From the NCBI GenBank assembly GCA_949289455.1, contig CASEOA010000021.1, positions 5,282 through 69,281 of the forward strand: DNA of 64,000 nt, written 5' to 3'. The notes under the pieces are model-generated. The model made no database searches and was not told the DNA's origin. It saw only the letters and a list, made by a program, of their open reading frames with translations. Positions 1-7,953 of this stretch are shown here, one piece after another. Both the position numbers and the translations under genes were made by a program. This stretch comes from an uncultured Eubacteriales bacterium (GTDB lineage Bacteria; Bacillota; Clostridia; Oscillospirales; Oscillospiraceae). Positions within the stretch are counted from its first letter, which is position 1. Every line of letters begins with the position of its first letter.

Positions 1-301
1 GGTGCGGGGGCTCAGCATGGTGCTGGGCTGCGTCATCCTGGCGGCGGGTATGTCCCTGGTTATCAACAGCCGGGCGGGCACCGGCCCCAACGACCTGGTG
101 GCTATCATCCTGTCCGACAAGCTCCATCGGTTCCAGTTCCGGTGGGTGCGGATGGCCTGTGATGTGTGCTTCCTGGCGGTTGGTTTTGTACTGGGAGGCA
201 CCGTGGGGGTGGGTACCGTGGTGGCCGCCCTGCTCATCGGGCCGGTGGTGCAGTTCTGGCTGCCCCGCACCGCCCCGGTGATGCATTGGATTGACGGATA
301 A
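1..301 (+). CDS. YczE/YyaS/YitT family membrane protein, 5' partial
   Basis: Hydrophobic ORF running in from the window edge, with GTGPNDL and GGTVGVGT motifs typical of the family; followed by a hairpin terminator. Confidence 0.75.
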   Translation, partial: VRGLSMVLGCVILAAGMSLVINSRAGTGPNDLVAIILSDKLHRFQFRWVRMACDVCFLAVGFVLGGTVGVGTVVAALLIGPVVQFWLPRTAPVMHWIDG

Positions 302-303
302 GT

Positions 304-335
304 AATAGGGCTGCCGGAAAACCGGCAGCCCTATT
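304..335 (+). terminator. Intrinsic terminator hairpin
   Basis: AATAGGGCTGCCGG-AAAA-CCGGCAGCCCTATT perfect stem. Confidence 0.7.
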
Positions 336-343
336 GTTATGAC

Positions 344-380
344 AAAAACAAAAAAGGCACCTGCGGAAGCAGGTGCCTTT
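344..380 (-). terminator. Terminator downstream of tRNA-Ser
   Basis: AAAGGCACCTGC-GGAA-GCAGGTGCCTTT with an A-run on + (U-tract on -). Confidence 0.75.
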
Positions 381-472
381 TGGCGGAGAGAGAGGGATTC
401 GAACCCTCGAGACGCTATTAACGCCTACACGATTTCCAATCGTGCGCCTTCGACCAACTCAGCCATCTCTCC
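381..472 (-). tRNA. tRNA-Ser (anticodon GGA), long variable arm, encoded CCA
   Basis: Reverse complement GGAGAGATGGCTGAGTTGGTCGAAGGCGCACGATTGGAAATCGTG...GGTTCGAATCCCTCTCTCTCCGCCA: acceptor stem, TTCGAA T-loop, GGA anticodon, G discriminator. Confidence 0.97.
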
Positions 473-520
473 ATGGTGAGTGCTCTACCGTGCGCCTGCA
501 CAGGACAGGCAACGGACTAT

Positions 521-548
521 ATTATAGCAGATTTTTTCCGTCCGTCAA
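521..548 (-). promoter_or_regulatory. Sigma-A promoter for tRNA-Ser
   Basis: Minus strand TTGACG-16 nt-TATAAT with TG extension. Confidence 0.7.
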
Positions 549-856
549 GAGGGAAAACGAAAAAAATCAAAAAAGATGAGGGGAAAATGAAGTGGGGAAA
601 GGCGGTAACATAATATCTGCAATATTGTATACTAAACTGGGCGTACAGAGCGCTTTTTGGGGAATTTGCGCCGAGAAAATAATCTGTAAACCACTAAGGA
701 CAATGTGTGCACTTGGCACCAAAGAATGTTTCTTTTTGTTATCGTTTGTAGTCATTTGCACAAGCGAAAAAAGAGGAAAAGTTGCGTTGCAAAAAAATAT
801 ATTACGCTGAAAGCCTTGCGGCACAAGGGGTTCAGAAAAAGGTGGAAAATTTCCTA

Positions 857-938
857 TTGACTTTTTGGATGCAAAGCGGTTACAATATGGTTACAATCCA
901 GCGACGCAAAAGTTACAACCTGGATTTGAAAAGTAACA
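857..938 (+). promoter_or_regulatory. Sigma-A promoter overlapped by phased GTTACA repeats (WalR-like box)
   Basis: TTGACT(857)-18-TACAAT(881); GTTACA at 879, 890 and 912, GTAACA at 933; 879-895 reads TGTAAC-N5-TGTAAC on the minus strand. Confidence 0.55.
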
Positions 939-990
939 ACCACAACAACAACCTGAATAGAACAACATTTCAATAGGAGGATTCTAAACC

Positions 991-1806
991 ATGAAAAAAC
1001 GAGCCCTTTGCGCGCTCGCCGGTCTGGCGCTCTGCATTTCTCTGACCGGCCCGGTGTACGCGGCTGAGAGCGGCGTTAATTTTGAGGTTAACGGTACGCC
1101 CTTGGTATCGGACATTACTCAAAAGGTTGAGGATGAGACCACCTACGTTTCCTACTGGCCTGTGGTGCAGGCCCTCTACCCCACCGCAAAGGCGGAGTGG
1201 GTCAACGGCCAGGCGGTGGTGACCGCCCCCGGCCTGAATTTGCAGATCGCCCCCGGCGCCAAGTATATCGTGTGCAACGGCCGCTACCTCTACATTCCCG
1301 AAGGGGTCCAGACCAAGAACGGCCTGCTGCTGGTGCCTGTGCGGGTGCTGTGCAAGGCCCTGGGCGCCACGGTGGAGTGGGTCGGCTCGGAGAACCTGGT
1401 GGCCATCACCAGCGGCTCCGGCCCCATCCAGTCCGGCGACACCTACTATAATCAGGAGGATCTGTACTGGCTCTCCCGCATCATCTACTCTGAGAGCGGC
1501 AACCAGTCCCTGACCGGCAAGATTGCCGTGGGCAACGTGGTGCTCAACCGGGTGGCCAGCAGCAAGTTCCCCAACACCGTGTACGGCGTCATCTTCCAGC
1601 GCAACCAGTTCTCCCCCGCCGGCAACGGCCTGATCTACCGCGCCCCCAACGCCGAGAGCGTGGTGGCCGCCAAGCTGGCCCTGGAGGGGGTCAACACCGC
1701 CGGCAACGCCCTGTACTTCATCAACCCCTCCATCTCCTCCAGCTCCTGGTTCAACCGCAACTGCACTTATGTGGCTACCATCGGCGCCCATACCTTCTAT
1801 GCCTGA
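991..1806 (+). CDS. Secreted cell wall hydrolase (copper amine oxidase N-terminal/stalk domain + SleB/Hydrolase_2 domain)
   Basis: Signal peptide; LLVPVRVLCKALGATVEW; LSRIIYSES...AVGNVVLNRV...FPNTVYGVIFQ..QFS...ALYF..IGAHTF; AGGAGG RBS. Confidence 0.9.
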   Translation: MKKRALCALAGLALCISLTGPVYAAESGVNFEVNGTPLVSDITQKVEDETTYVSYWPVVQALYPTAKAEWVNGQAVVTAPGLNLQIAPGAKYIVCNGRYLYIPEGVQTKNGLLLVPVRVLCKALGATVEWVGSENLVAITSGSGPIQSGDTYYNQEDLYWLSRIIYSESGNQSLTGKIAVGNVVLNRVASSKFPNTVYGVIFQRNQFSPAGNGLIYRAPNAESVVAAKLALEGVNTAGNALYFINPSISSSSWFNRNCTYVATIGAHTFYA

Positions 1807-1825
1807 GGAGCTGTAAGCTGATTCT

Positions 1826-1858
1826 AAATCTGCCGTCCGCCGGACGGCAGATTTTTTT
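1826..1858 (+). terminator. Intrinsic terminator
   Basis: AAATCTGCCGTCC-GCC-GGACGGCAGATTT plus T-run. Confidence 0.85.
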
Positions 1859-1939
1859 CTCTCCCGCAGAAAATGGGACACATCTCTTCCCCCCGGCGGC
1901 ATATACTGATATGTAGATCACTGGGAAGGAGGGAGCCAT

Positions 1940-2047
1940 GTGGAGCAGCATCCCCATGATGATACCGTCCGGCGGACCGGCTCCGGCGGAGACGTGGATG
2001 ATCTGATCTTCTGCGCCGATCCGGTCTGGACCGTCAGCGACCGCTAA
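1940..2047 (+). CDS. Putative 35-aa small protein (MEQHPHDDTVRRTGSGGDVDDLIFCADPVWTVSDR)
   Basis: AAGGAGG 7 nt before GTG; the stop is followed directly by a terminator (2046-2074); upstream CACA-N17-CATATACT. Confidence 0.5.
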   Translation: MEQHPHDDTVRRTGSGGDVDDLIFCADPVWTVSDR

Positions 2048-2156
2048 AAACCGCCCGCCTCCGGGCGGTTTTTTGGTGGCCTTCTCTTTACATCGTTGGC
2101 GGGTTTGGATATAATAGTAGGGCTATGGACTGAGTTTGATGAAATGAGTGTGAGTT

Positions 2157-3278
2157 ATGTTACAGTTCGATGAATATAAGGTAAAGCTCAACAACCTCCG
2201 GCCCGAACTGGACGATCTGGATCAGGCCCTGGGCCTGGACGCCGCCCGCCGGGAGGTGGAGATGCTGGAGTCCGAGTCCGCCTCTGATGGATTTTGGGAT
2301 AACCTGGAAAAGGCCCAGAAGGTGCAGCAGCGGGTGAAGAACCTGCGGGACAAGATTGACGGTCAGGAGAAGCGTAAGGGCCAGTGGGAGGATCTGATGA
2401 CCCTGTGCGAGCTGGGCAACGAGATGGAGGATGAGAGCTTGGTGCCCGAGCTGGAGGAGGGCTTTGCCAAGCTGGAAGCCGACATGGAAGAGGCCAAGCT
2501 GTCCACTCTCTTTACCGGAGAATACGACAATTCCAACGCCATCCTCACCTTCCACGCCGGGGCCGGCGGCACCGAGGCCCAGGACTGGGCCCAGATGCTC
2601 TTCCGCATGTACACCCGCTGGGCGGAGCGCCACGGCTTTACTTGCAAGACCCTGGACTATCTGGACGGGGACGAGGCGGGCATCAAGAGCGCCACCATCC
2701 TCATCGAGGGTGAGAACGCCTATGGCCACCTGCGCAGTGAGCACGGGGTCCACCGGCTGGTGCGGGTGTCCCCCTTTGACGCCAACGCCCGGCGGCAGAC
2801 TTCCTTTGCCGCCCTGGAGGTCATGCCCGACCTGCCCGAGGACGCTGACGTGGAGATCCGGCCGGAGGACTATGAGATGCAGGTGTTCCGCTCCTCCGGC
2901 GCCGGCGGCCAGCACATCAACAAGACCTCCTCTGCCGTCCGCCTCATCCACCACGCCACCGGCATCGTGGTGTCCTGCCAGACCGAGCGCAGCCAGTTCC
3001 AGAACAAGGACACCTGCCTGCGGATGCTGCGGGCCAAGCTGGTGGAGCTCAAGATGCAGCAGCACGCCGAGAAGATCTCCGACATCAAGGGAGTCCAGCT
3101 GAAGATCGAGTGGGGCAGCCAGATCCGCTCCTACGTGTTCATGCCCTACCAGCTGGTGAAGGATAACCGCACCGGGTACGAGACCAGCAACGTCAACGGG
3201 GTCATGGACGGCGATCTGGACGGCTTCATCAACGCCTACCTGAAGGCGGAGGCCACCGGCAACTGGGCGGAGAAGTAA
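2157..3278 (+). CDS. prfB: Peptide chain release factor 2
   Basis: SPF recognition motif, GGQ motif, GAGGTEAQDW, WGSQIRSY; a single open frame. Confidence 0.98.
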   Translation: MLQFDEYKVKLNNLRPELDDLDQALGLDAARREVEMLESESASDGFWDNLEKAQKVQQRVKNLRDKIDGQEKRKGQWEDLMTLCELGNEMEDESLVPELEEGFAKLEADMEEAKLSTLFTGEYDNSNAILTFHAGAGGTEAQDWAQMLFRMYTRWAERHGFTCKTLDYLDGDEAGIKSATILIEGENAYGHLRSEHGVHRLVRVSPFDANARRQTSFAALEVMPDLPEDADVEIRPEDYEMQVFRSSGAGGQHINKTSSAVRLIHHATGIVVSCQTERSQFQNKDTCLRMLRAKLVELKMQQHAEKISDIKGVQLKIEWGSQIRSYVFMPYQLVKDNRTGYETSNVNGVMDGDLDGFINAYLKAEATGNWAEK

Positions 3279-3281
3279 GCC

Positions 3282-4400
3282 ATGATCCGGGTACTCTATC
3301 TGCTCAACTACGCCGGCGAGGGCGGAACTGAGCGGTATGTGGAGCTCCTGGCCCGGGATATGGGGGAGAAGGGGCTGGTGCAGCCCTTTTTCGCCTATAA
3401 CCAGGACGGCCTGCTGGTGAAACGGCTGGAGGCCATGGGGGTCCCCTGCCGCAGGCTGGAGATGAAGGGCCGGTTTGACCGGAAGGCCGCCCGGGCCCTG
3501 GCCGCTCTGTGCCGGGAGTGGAAGATCGACCTGATCCACTGCCACTACCTGCGGGAGCACTACATCGCTCTGCTGGCCAAAAAGCTGTGCCGGGGTGTGA
3601 AGGTGGTATACACCAACCACATCATTGTGAAAAACGACCCGGTGACCCGGCTGACCAACCGGCTGCTGGACGGTTGGCAGGATCAGATGATCGCCGTGTG
3701 CAACATGGGCAAGGCCCAGCTGGTGGCCAACGGCTGGAGCGGGGACCGCATTCGGGTGGTGTTCAACGGGGTGAATCCCGCCCTCTGGGCGGGGGGCCGG
3801 GAGGACTCCACCCTGCGGCGGGAGCTGAACATCCCCGATGACCGGTTTGTCCTCCTCTGCGTGGGCCGGTTTGACGACTACAAGCGGCAGGACTTTCTCC
3901 TGCGCAGCCTGAAAGAGCTGGCGGACGGCACCGATACCCCCTTTACCCTGGTGCTGGCGGGCAACGGTCCCAAGCAGGCGGAATGTGAGGCCCTGGCCCA
4001 GTCTCTGGGTCTGGGGGACAAGGTCCGCTTTTTGGGTTACCGCACCGACGTGAAAAATTTGTATCACGGCAGCGACCTGTATGTGAGCTGTTCCCGGTGG
4101 GAGGCCCTGTCCTTCGTGATCCTGGAGGCCATGGCCGCCGGGCTGCCGGTGGTGGCCACCAACGTGGGTGGCACTCCCGACCTGGTGAACCAAAAAACGG
4201 GCTGCGGCCTGCTGGTGGACTTTGAGGATACCAAGGGCATGGCGGCGGCCATCCGGCGGTTCATGGAGGAGCCGGAGCTGCGGCGGCAGTGCGGGGCCCA
4301 GGCCCGGCAGGCCGTACACACCTACTTTGAGATGAGCAAGATGGTGGAGGCCACCTATACCGTCTATGAAAAGGCGCTCCATCCCGGCGCCAAGGAGTAA
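3282..4400 (+). CDS. Glycosyltransferase family 4 (GT-B)
   Basis: GGTERYV N-terminus; EALSFVILEAMAAGLPVVATNVGG (EX7E motif). Confidence 0.92.
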   Translation: MIRVLYLLNYAGEGGTERYVELLARDMGEKGLVQPFFAYNQDGLLVKRLEAMGVPCRRLEMKGRFDRKAARALAALCREWKIDLIHCHYLREHYIALLAKKLCRGVKVVYTNHIIVKNDPVTRLTNRLLDGWQDQMIAVCNMGKAQLVANGWSGDRIRVVFNGVNPALWAGGREDSTLRRELNIPDDRFVLLCVGRFDDYKRQDFLLRSLKELADGTDTPFTLVLAGNGPKQAECEALAQSLGLGDKVRFLGYRTDVKNLYHGSDLYVSCSRWEALSFVILEAMAAGLPVVATNVGGTPDLVNQKTGCGLLVDFEDTKGMAAAIRRFMEEPELRRQCGAQARQAVHTYFEMSKMVEATYTVYEKALHPGAKE

Positions 4401-4408
4401 GGAGCACT

Positions 4409-5947
4409 ATGACGATTGCGAAAAACAGCCTGTTGATCCGCTTCATCCTGGCCATCTGGCTGGGCTTGAAGGAGGCGCTGCCGGAGAGCCTGGTGGGCCG
4501 GGGCTGCCAGCGGCTGGCCGACTGGGCCAACCGCCAGGCGTCGGGCAGCGTGATCTGCCGCTTTGTGTGGCGGGAGGGGCGTCTGCCCGCGGCCTGGCCA
4601 AACAGTATAGCCTGCCGGTGTGTTACCGGCCTGTTAAACATCCCCTGCGCCATAGTCAAAACCATCTGGAAGGCGGGGGAGCCGGTGTGGCGGGACAGCC
4701 TGTTCTGCCGGGCGGTCACCGCCCTGGGCGGCGGCACCTTCTTCTTCCTGGGCCTGTTTATGTTGGCCATGCTGGCCGCGCCCCATGAGCTGTGGAACAA
4801 CCTATACGGCCTCTTGGGGGCGGCGGGGCTCACCGTCCTCTTTGTCCTGGGTAGCGCTTCCCACAGGCGGTACCGGCTGGAGGTGGATACTCTGGGGCCC
4901 TACATGTTCTTCTACGGGTGCCTGATTTGCCTGGCCCTGCTGGGCTCGGCCTCCACCGGCCTGTCCCTGCGGTTCTTCCTGTTCCATGTCACCTGCTTCC
5001 TGCTGATGCTGGTGGTGGTCAGCGGGGTGCACAAGTATGAGCAGCTCCAGCTGACGGTGGCCCTGGCGGTGCTGGGCATCTCGGTGGCCGCCGTGTACGG
5101 CTGCTATCAGGGCTACCAGGGGGTGGAGGTTATCGCCTCCCTCCAGGATATGACGGTAAACGAAGGAATGCCCGGGCGGGTCTACTCCTTCTTTGACAAT
5201 CCCAACAACTTTGCCGAGCTGCTGACCATGCTGCTCCCCCTGGATCTGGCCCTCTTCCTCAATTCCCAGTGGCGGGGCAAGCTCCTGTCCCTCCTCTCTC
5301 TCTGCTTTGGAACGGCGGCCATCGGCATGACCTACGGCCGCTCCTGCTGGATCGGCGCGGCGCTGGCGGTGGTGGTTTTCCTGGCTCTGATGGACTGGCG
5401 GTGGGTGCCGGTGATTATCCTGGCGGGGATTGCCGCGCTGCCCTTCCTGCCCACCTCTATCTACAACCGGATTCTCACCATCACCAACACGGAGGACAGC
5501 TCCGTCCAGTACCGGTTTGAGATCTACTCCACCAGCTGGAACCTGTTGAAGGACAACTGGCTCAAGGGTGTGGGCCTGGGCAGCGACGTGACCCACCGGG
5601 CCTTTTCGGTGGGGGCCTATCCCACCATTTCCGATGGCAACTACCCCCTCCACTGCCACAACAACTATATGCAGATGTGGCTGGAGACCGGCATCCTGGG
5701 TATCCTGTCCTTCCTGGCCCTGCTGCTGTGGCAGCTGAAGGAGGGTGTGAAGGCCTTCCACCGGTCCCTGGACCCCCGGGTGAAGCGGCTGCTGGCCGCC
5801 GCCATCGGCGCGTTCTGCGGCATTATGGTGGTGAGCGTGGCCGAGTACACCTGGTATTATCCCCGGAATATGTTCACCTACTGGTTTTTGTTCGGGGTGA
5901 TCGCTGCCTGTGTCAAGCTGGTACGGCTGGAGCAGAAGCGGAAGTAA
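4409..5947 (+). CDS. O-antigen ligase/Wzy_C family membrane protein
   Basis: Many TM helices; GRVYSFFDNPNNFA, TYGRSCW, GVGLG, HCHNNYMQMWLETGILG. Confidence 0.9.
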   Translation: MTIAKNSLLIRFILAIWLGLKEALPESLVGRGCQRLADWANRQASGSVICRFVWREGRLPAAWPNSIACRCVTGLLNIPCAIVKTIWKAGEPVWRDSLFCRAVTALGGGTFFFLGLFMLAMLAAPHELWNNLYGLLGAAGLTVLFVLGSASHRRYRLEVDTLGPYMFFYGCLICLALLGSASTGLSLRFFLFHVTCFLLMLVVVSGVHKYEQLQLTVALAVLGISVAAVYGCYQGYQGVEVIASLQDMTVNEGMPGRVYSFFDNPNNFAELLTMLLPLDLALFLNSQWRGKLLSLLSLCFGTAAIGMTYGRSCWIGAALAVVVFLALMDWRWVPVIILAGIAALPFLPTSIYNRILTITNTEDSSVQYRFEIYSTSWNLLKDNWLKGVGLGSDVTHRAFSVGAYPTISDGNYPLHCHNNYMQMWLETGILGILSFLALLLWQLKEGVKAFHRSLDPRVKRLLAAAIGAFCGIMVVSVAEYTWYYPRNMFTYWFLFGVIAACVKLVRLEQKRK

Positions 5948-6036
5948 CACATAAAGGGCGTGCTCGGGCACGCCCTTTTCCTATGGCCGGTATGGACCGG
6001 AATTGTGATATACTGTAAACAAGGGAGGTGAAAGCC

Positions 6037-6603
6037 ATGCTGAACTGGGACGAGCTGCAAGGGGCCTGCATGGCGTGCAGCCGGTGCGGTCTGGCGGATA
6101 CCCGTCACAACGTGGTGTTCGGGGAGGGCAACCGGCAGGCGGAGGTCATGTTCATCGGGGAGGGCCCCGGGGAGCAGGAGGATCTCACCGGTCGGCCCTT
6201 TGTGGGCCGGGCGGGGCAGCTGCTGGACGATATGCTCACCATGATCGACCTGGACCGTACCAAGGTGTATATTGCCAACATGGTGAAGTGCCGCCCCCCA
6301 GGCAACCGGGACCCGCTGAATATTGAGCAGGAGGCCTGCATCGGCTATCTGCGCAACCAAACCGCCCTGATCCGGCCTAAGATCATCATCTGTCTGGGCC
6401 GCATTGCCGCTATGCGCCTGATGAAGAGCGACTTCAGGATCACCCGGGAGCACGGCGTGTGGATGCAGAAGGCGGGGGTGTGGATGATGGCCATGTTCCA
6501 CCCCTCCGCCCTGCTGCGGGATCCCTCCAAGCGGCCGGAGAGCTTTGTGGATCTGAAATCTCTCCAGGCCAAGATCCGGGAGGTCTGTACCCACACCTAT
6601 TGA
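6037..6603 (+). CDS. Uracil-DNA glycosylase family 4 (Fe-S)
   Basis: CxxCx[34 protein letters not shown]; GGAGG RBS before ATG 6037. Confidence 0.95.
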   Translation: MLNWDELQGACMACSRCGLADTRHNVVFGEGNRQAEVMFIGEGPGEQEDLTGRPFVGRAGQLLDDMLTMIDLDRTKVYIANMVKCRPPGNRDPLNIEQEACIGYLRNQTALIRPKIIICLGRIAAMRLMKSDFRITREHGVWMQKAGVWMMAMFHPSALLRDPSKRPESFVDLKSLQAKIREVCTHTY

Positions 6604-6607
6604 GCAA

Positions 6608-6648
6608 AACAGGAAGGAGCTGCCTATCCCTGGCAGCTCCTTCCTGTT
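6608..6648. terminator. Bidirectional terminator
   Basis: AACAGGAAGGAGCTGCC...GGCAGCTCCTTCCTGTT between convergent genes. Confidence 0.75.
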
Positions 6649-6943
6649 ATCTGTTATGGGGCTGCCGCAGCAACGTACAGCCGTTTAAAAGCAGGCTCAC
6701 CGCCGTCAGCACCCCGGCGGCCAGCAGCATGGCACGGGCGGTGTCCATCAGGGTGCTCCAATCCTGGCATTGGATACCGCCATAAAAGTAGGCGCAGGCC
6801 AGCAGCACGGCCAGGGTACAGCAGCTCAGGCTGCACACGCTGAGCCGCAGATCCCGCCGGACCAGCCCGGCCAGTCCCAACCCCCAGGCCAGCAGACCCA
6901 GGCCCAGAGCGCCCAATAGGATCATAGCCACCAATACCGCCAT
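6647..6943 (-). CDS. Hypothetical membrane protein (about 3 TM)
   Basis: Hydrophobic 98 aa, GGAGG upstream, 3 nt after the HTH gene. Confidence 0.65.
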   Translation of the reverse strand: MAVLVAMILLGALGLGLLAWGLGLAGLVRRDLRLSVCSLSCCTLAVLLACAYFYGGIQCQDWSTLMDTARAMLLAAGVLTAVSLLLNGCTLLRQPHNR

Positions 6944-6946
6944 AGC

Positions 6947-7159
6947 TCACGTCTCCTCCGGCACGTATTCCAGAATGTCCCCGGGCTGGCAGTCCAGGGC
7001 CTTGCAGATGGCCTCCAGGGTGGTGAAGCGCACCGCCCGGGCGTGGTTGTTTTTCAATATGGACAGGTTGGCCAGGGTGATGTCCACCCTGGCGGACAGC
7101 TCGTTGAGGCTCATCTTCCGCCTGGCCATCATCACGTCCAGGTTTACAACGATGGGCAC
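6947..7159 (-). CDS. Cro/CI-type HTH regulator (YozG-like, HTH_26)
   Basis: MPIVVNLDVMMARRKMSLNELS..V.IT.ANLSILKN...A.RF.TLEAIC.ALDCQPGDILEY. Confidence 0.93.
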   Translation of the reverse strand: MPIVVNLDVMMARRKMSLNELSARVDITLANLSILKNNHARAVRFTTLEAICKALDCQPGDILEYVPEET

Positions 7160-7171
7160 GGGAACACCTCC

Positions 7172-7759
7172 TCAGATGGTCAGGTCGTTGTCCGCCTTCA
7201 GCTCCGCCGCCTGGCGGAAGAGGGCGGACATGACCAGACAGAGCAGCCCGGCCAGAAAGAAGAGCGGAACAAAGAGCATATTATAGCTGAACAGGGGTGC
7301 GGCGGAGTGGATATAGCATATCCTCCAGAGTACACGAGCCAGGGCAGCCCCAGAGATCAGGAAGCAGAATAGTGCCGCCCGCTGAAGGCAGATCGCGTTT
7401 TCCATGCGGAAAGGAGTGCCCTGGAGGATGGTATCCAGCACCCGGCGGCCCTGCCACAGGATAGCCGCTGTGCACACGCCGCAGAAGAGCAGGAAGAGGG
7501 TAAGCACCAAGGTGTACGGGGCAAGATCACCCCAGCCGGATACCAGTACCAGATAAAGTATGGTGCCCGGGGCGTATGTCAGGTCTGAGGAGGCGCCGGC
7601 GGTCCCCAGACCGTGGAGCAGCGCCGCTAAGGAAAAGCCACAGCTGGATACCGCGGACAGAATGGGAACCAGCGGCAGAACCAGCAGATTGCACACAAAG
7701 GTAATGGTGACCAGTATTTTCAGCGCATGGGCCAGCTTCTGGACGCCGGTTCGTTTCAT
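7172..7759 (-). CDS. DUF2975 family membrane protein
   Basis: G.PF..EN motif, C-terminal F..A.ELK.DNDLTI, paired with the YozG-like HTH; AGGAGG before ATG. Confidence 0.88.
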   Translation of the reverse strand: MKRTGVQKLAHALKILVTITFVCNLLVLPLVPILSAVSSCGFSLAALLHGLGTAGASSDLTYAPGTILYLVLVSGWGDLAPYTLVLTLFLLFCGVCTAAILWQGRRVLDTILQGTPFRMENAICLQRAALFCFLISGAALARVLWRICYIHSAAPLFSYNMLFVPLFFLAGLLCLVMSALFRQAAELKADNDLTI

Positions 7760-7779
7760 AGCATCTCCTCCTTTGGGCC

Positions 7780-7830
7780 AATATATCACCGGACACATTG
7801 TTTGTCAATGTATTTTTATTGATTATCAAT
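7780..7830 (-). promoter_or_regulatory. Promoter of the DUF2975-HTH operon with two ATTG-N5-CAAT operators
   Basis: TTGACA-17-TATATT on the minus strand; palindromes at 7797-7809 and 7818-7830. Confidence 0.6.
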
Positions 7831-7953
7831 ATTGTATAGCAAGGAAGTGAGGGGAATATGGTTTTTCTTGCATTGGGCCCGGGTTTCTAGTATAATAATT
7901 TGGATTATGGAGGCGGCCTCGCCGCCGGGATATGATACAAGGAAGTGCAGTTA

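Noticed and set aside
340-480. tRNA-Ser as an integration site for a genomic island
   Set aside because: No integrase and no duplicated tRNA 3' end seen in the window
373-579. 68-aa ORF over the tRNA
   Set aside because: It is the antisense reading of tRNA-Ser
7830-7953. T-box leader for leuS
   Set aside because: The promoter is only about 55 nt from the start; no T-box sequence or leader terminator
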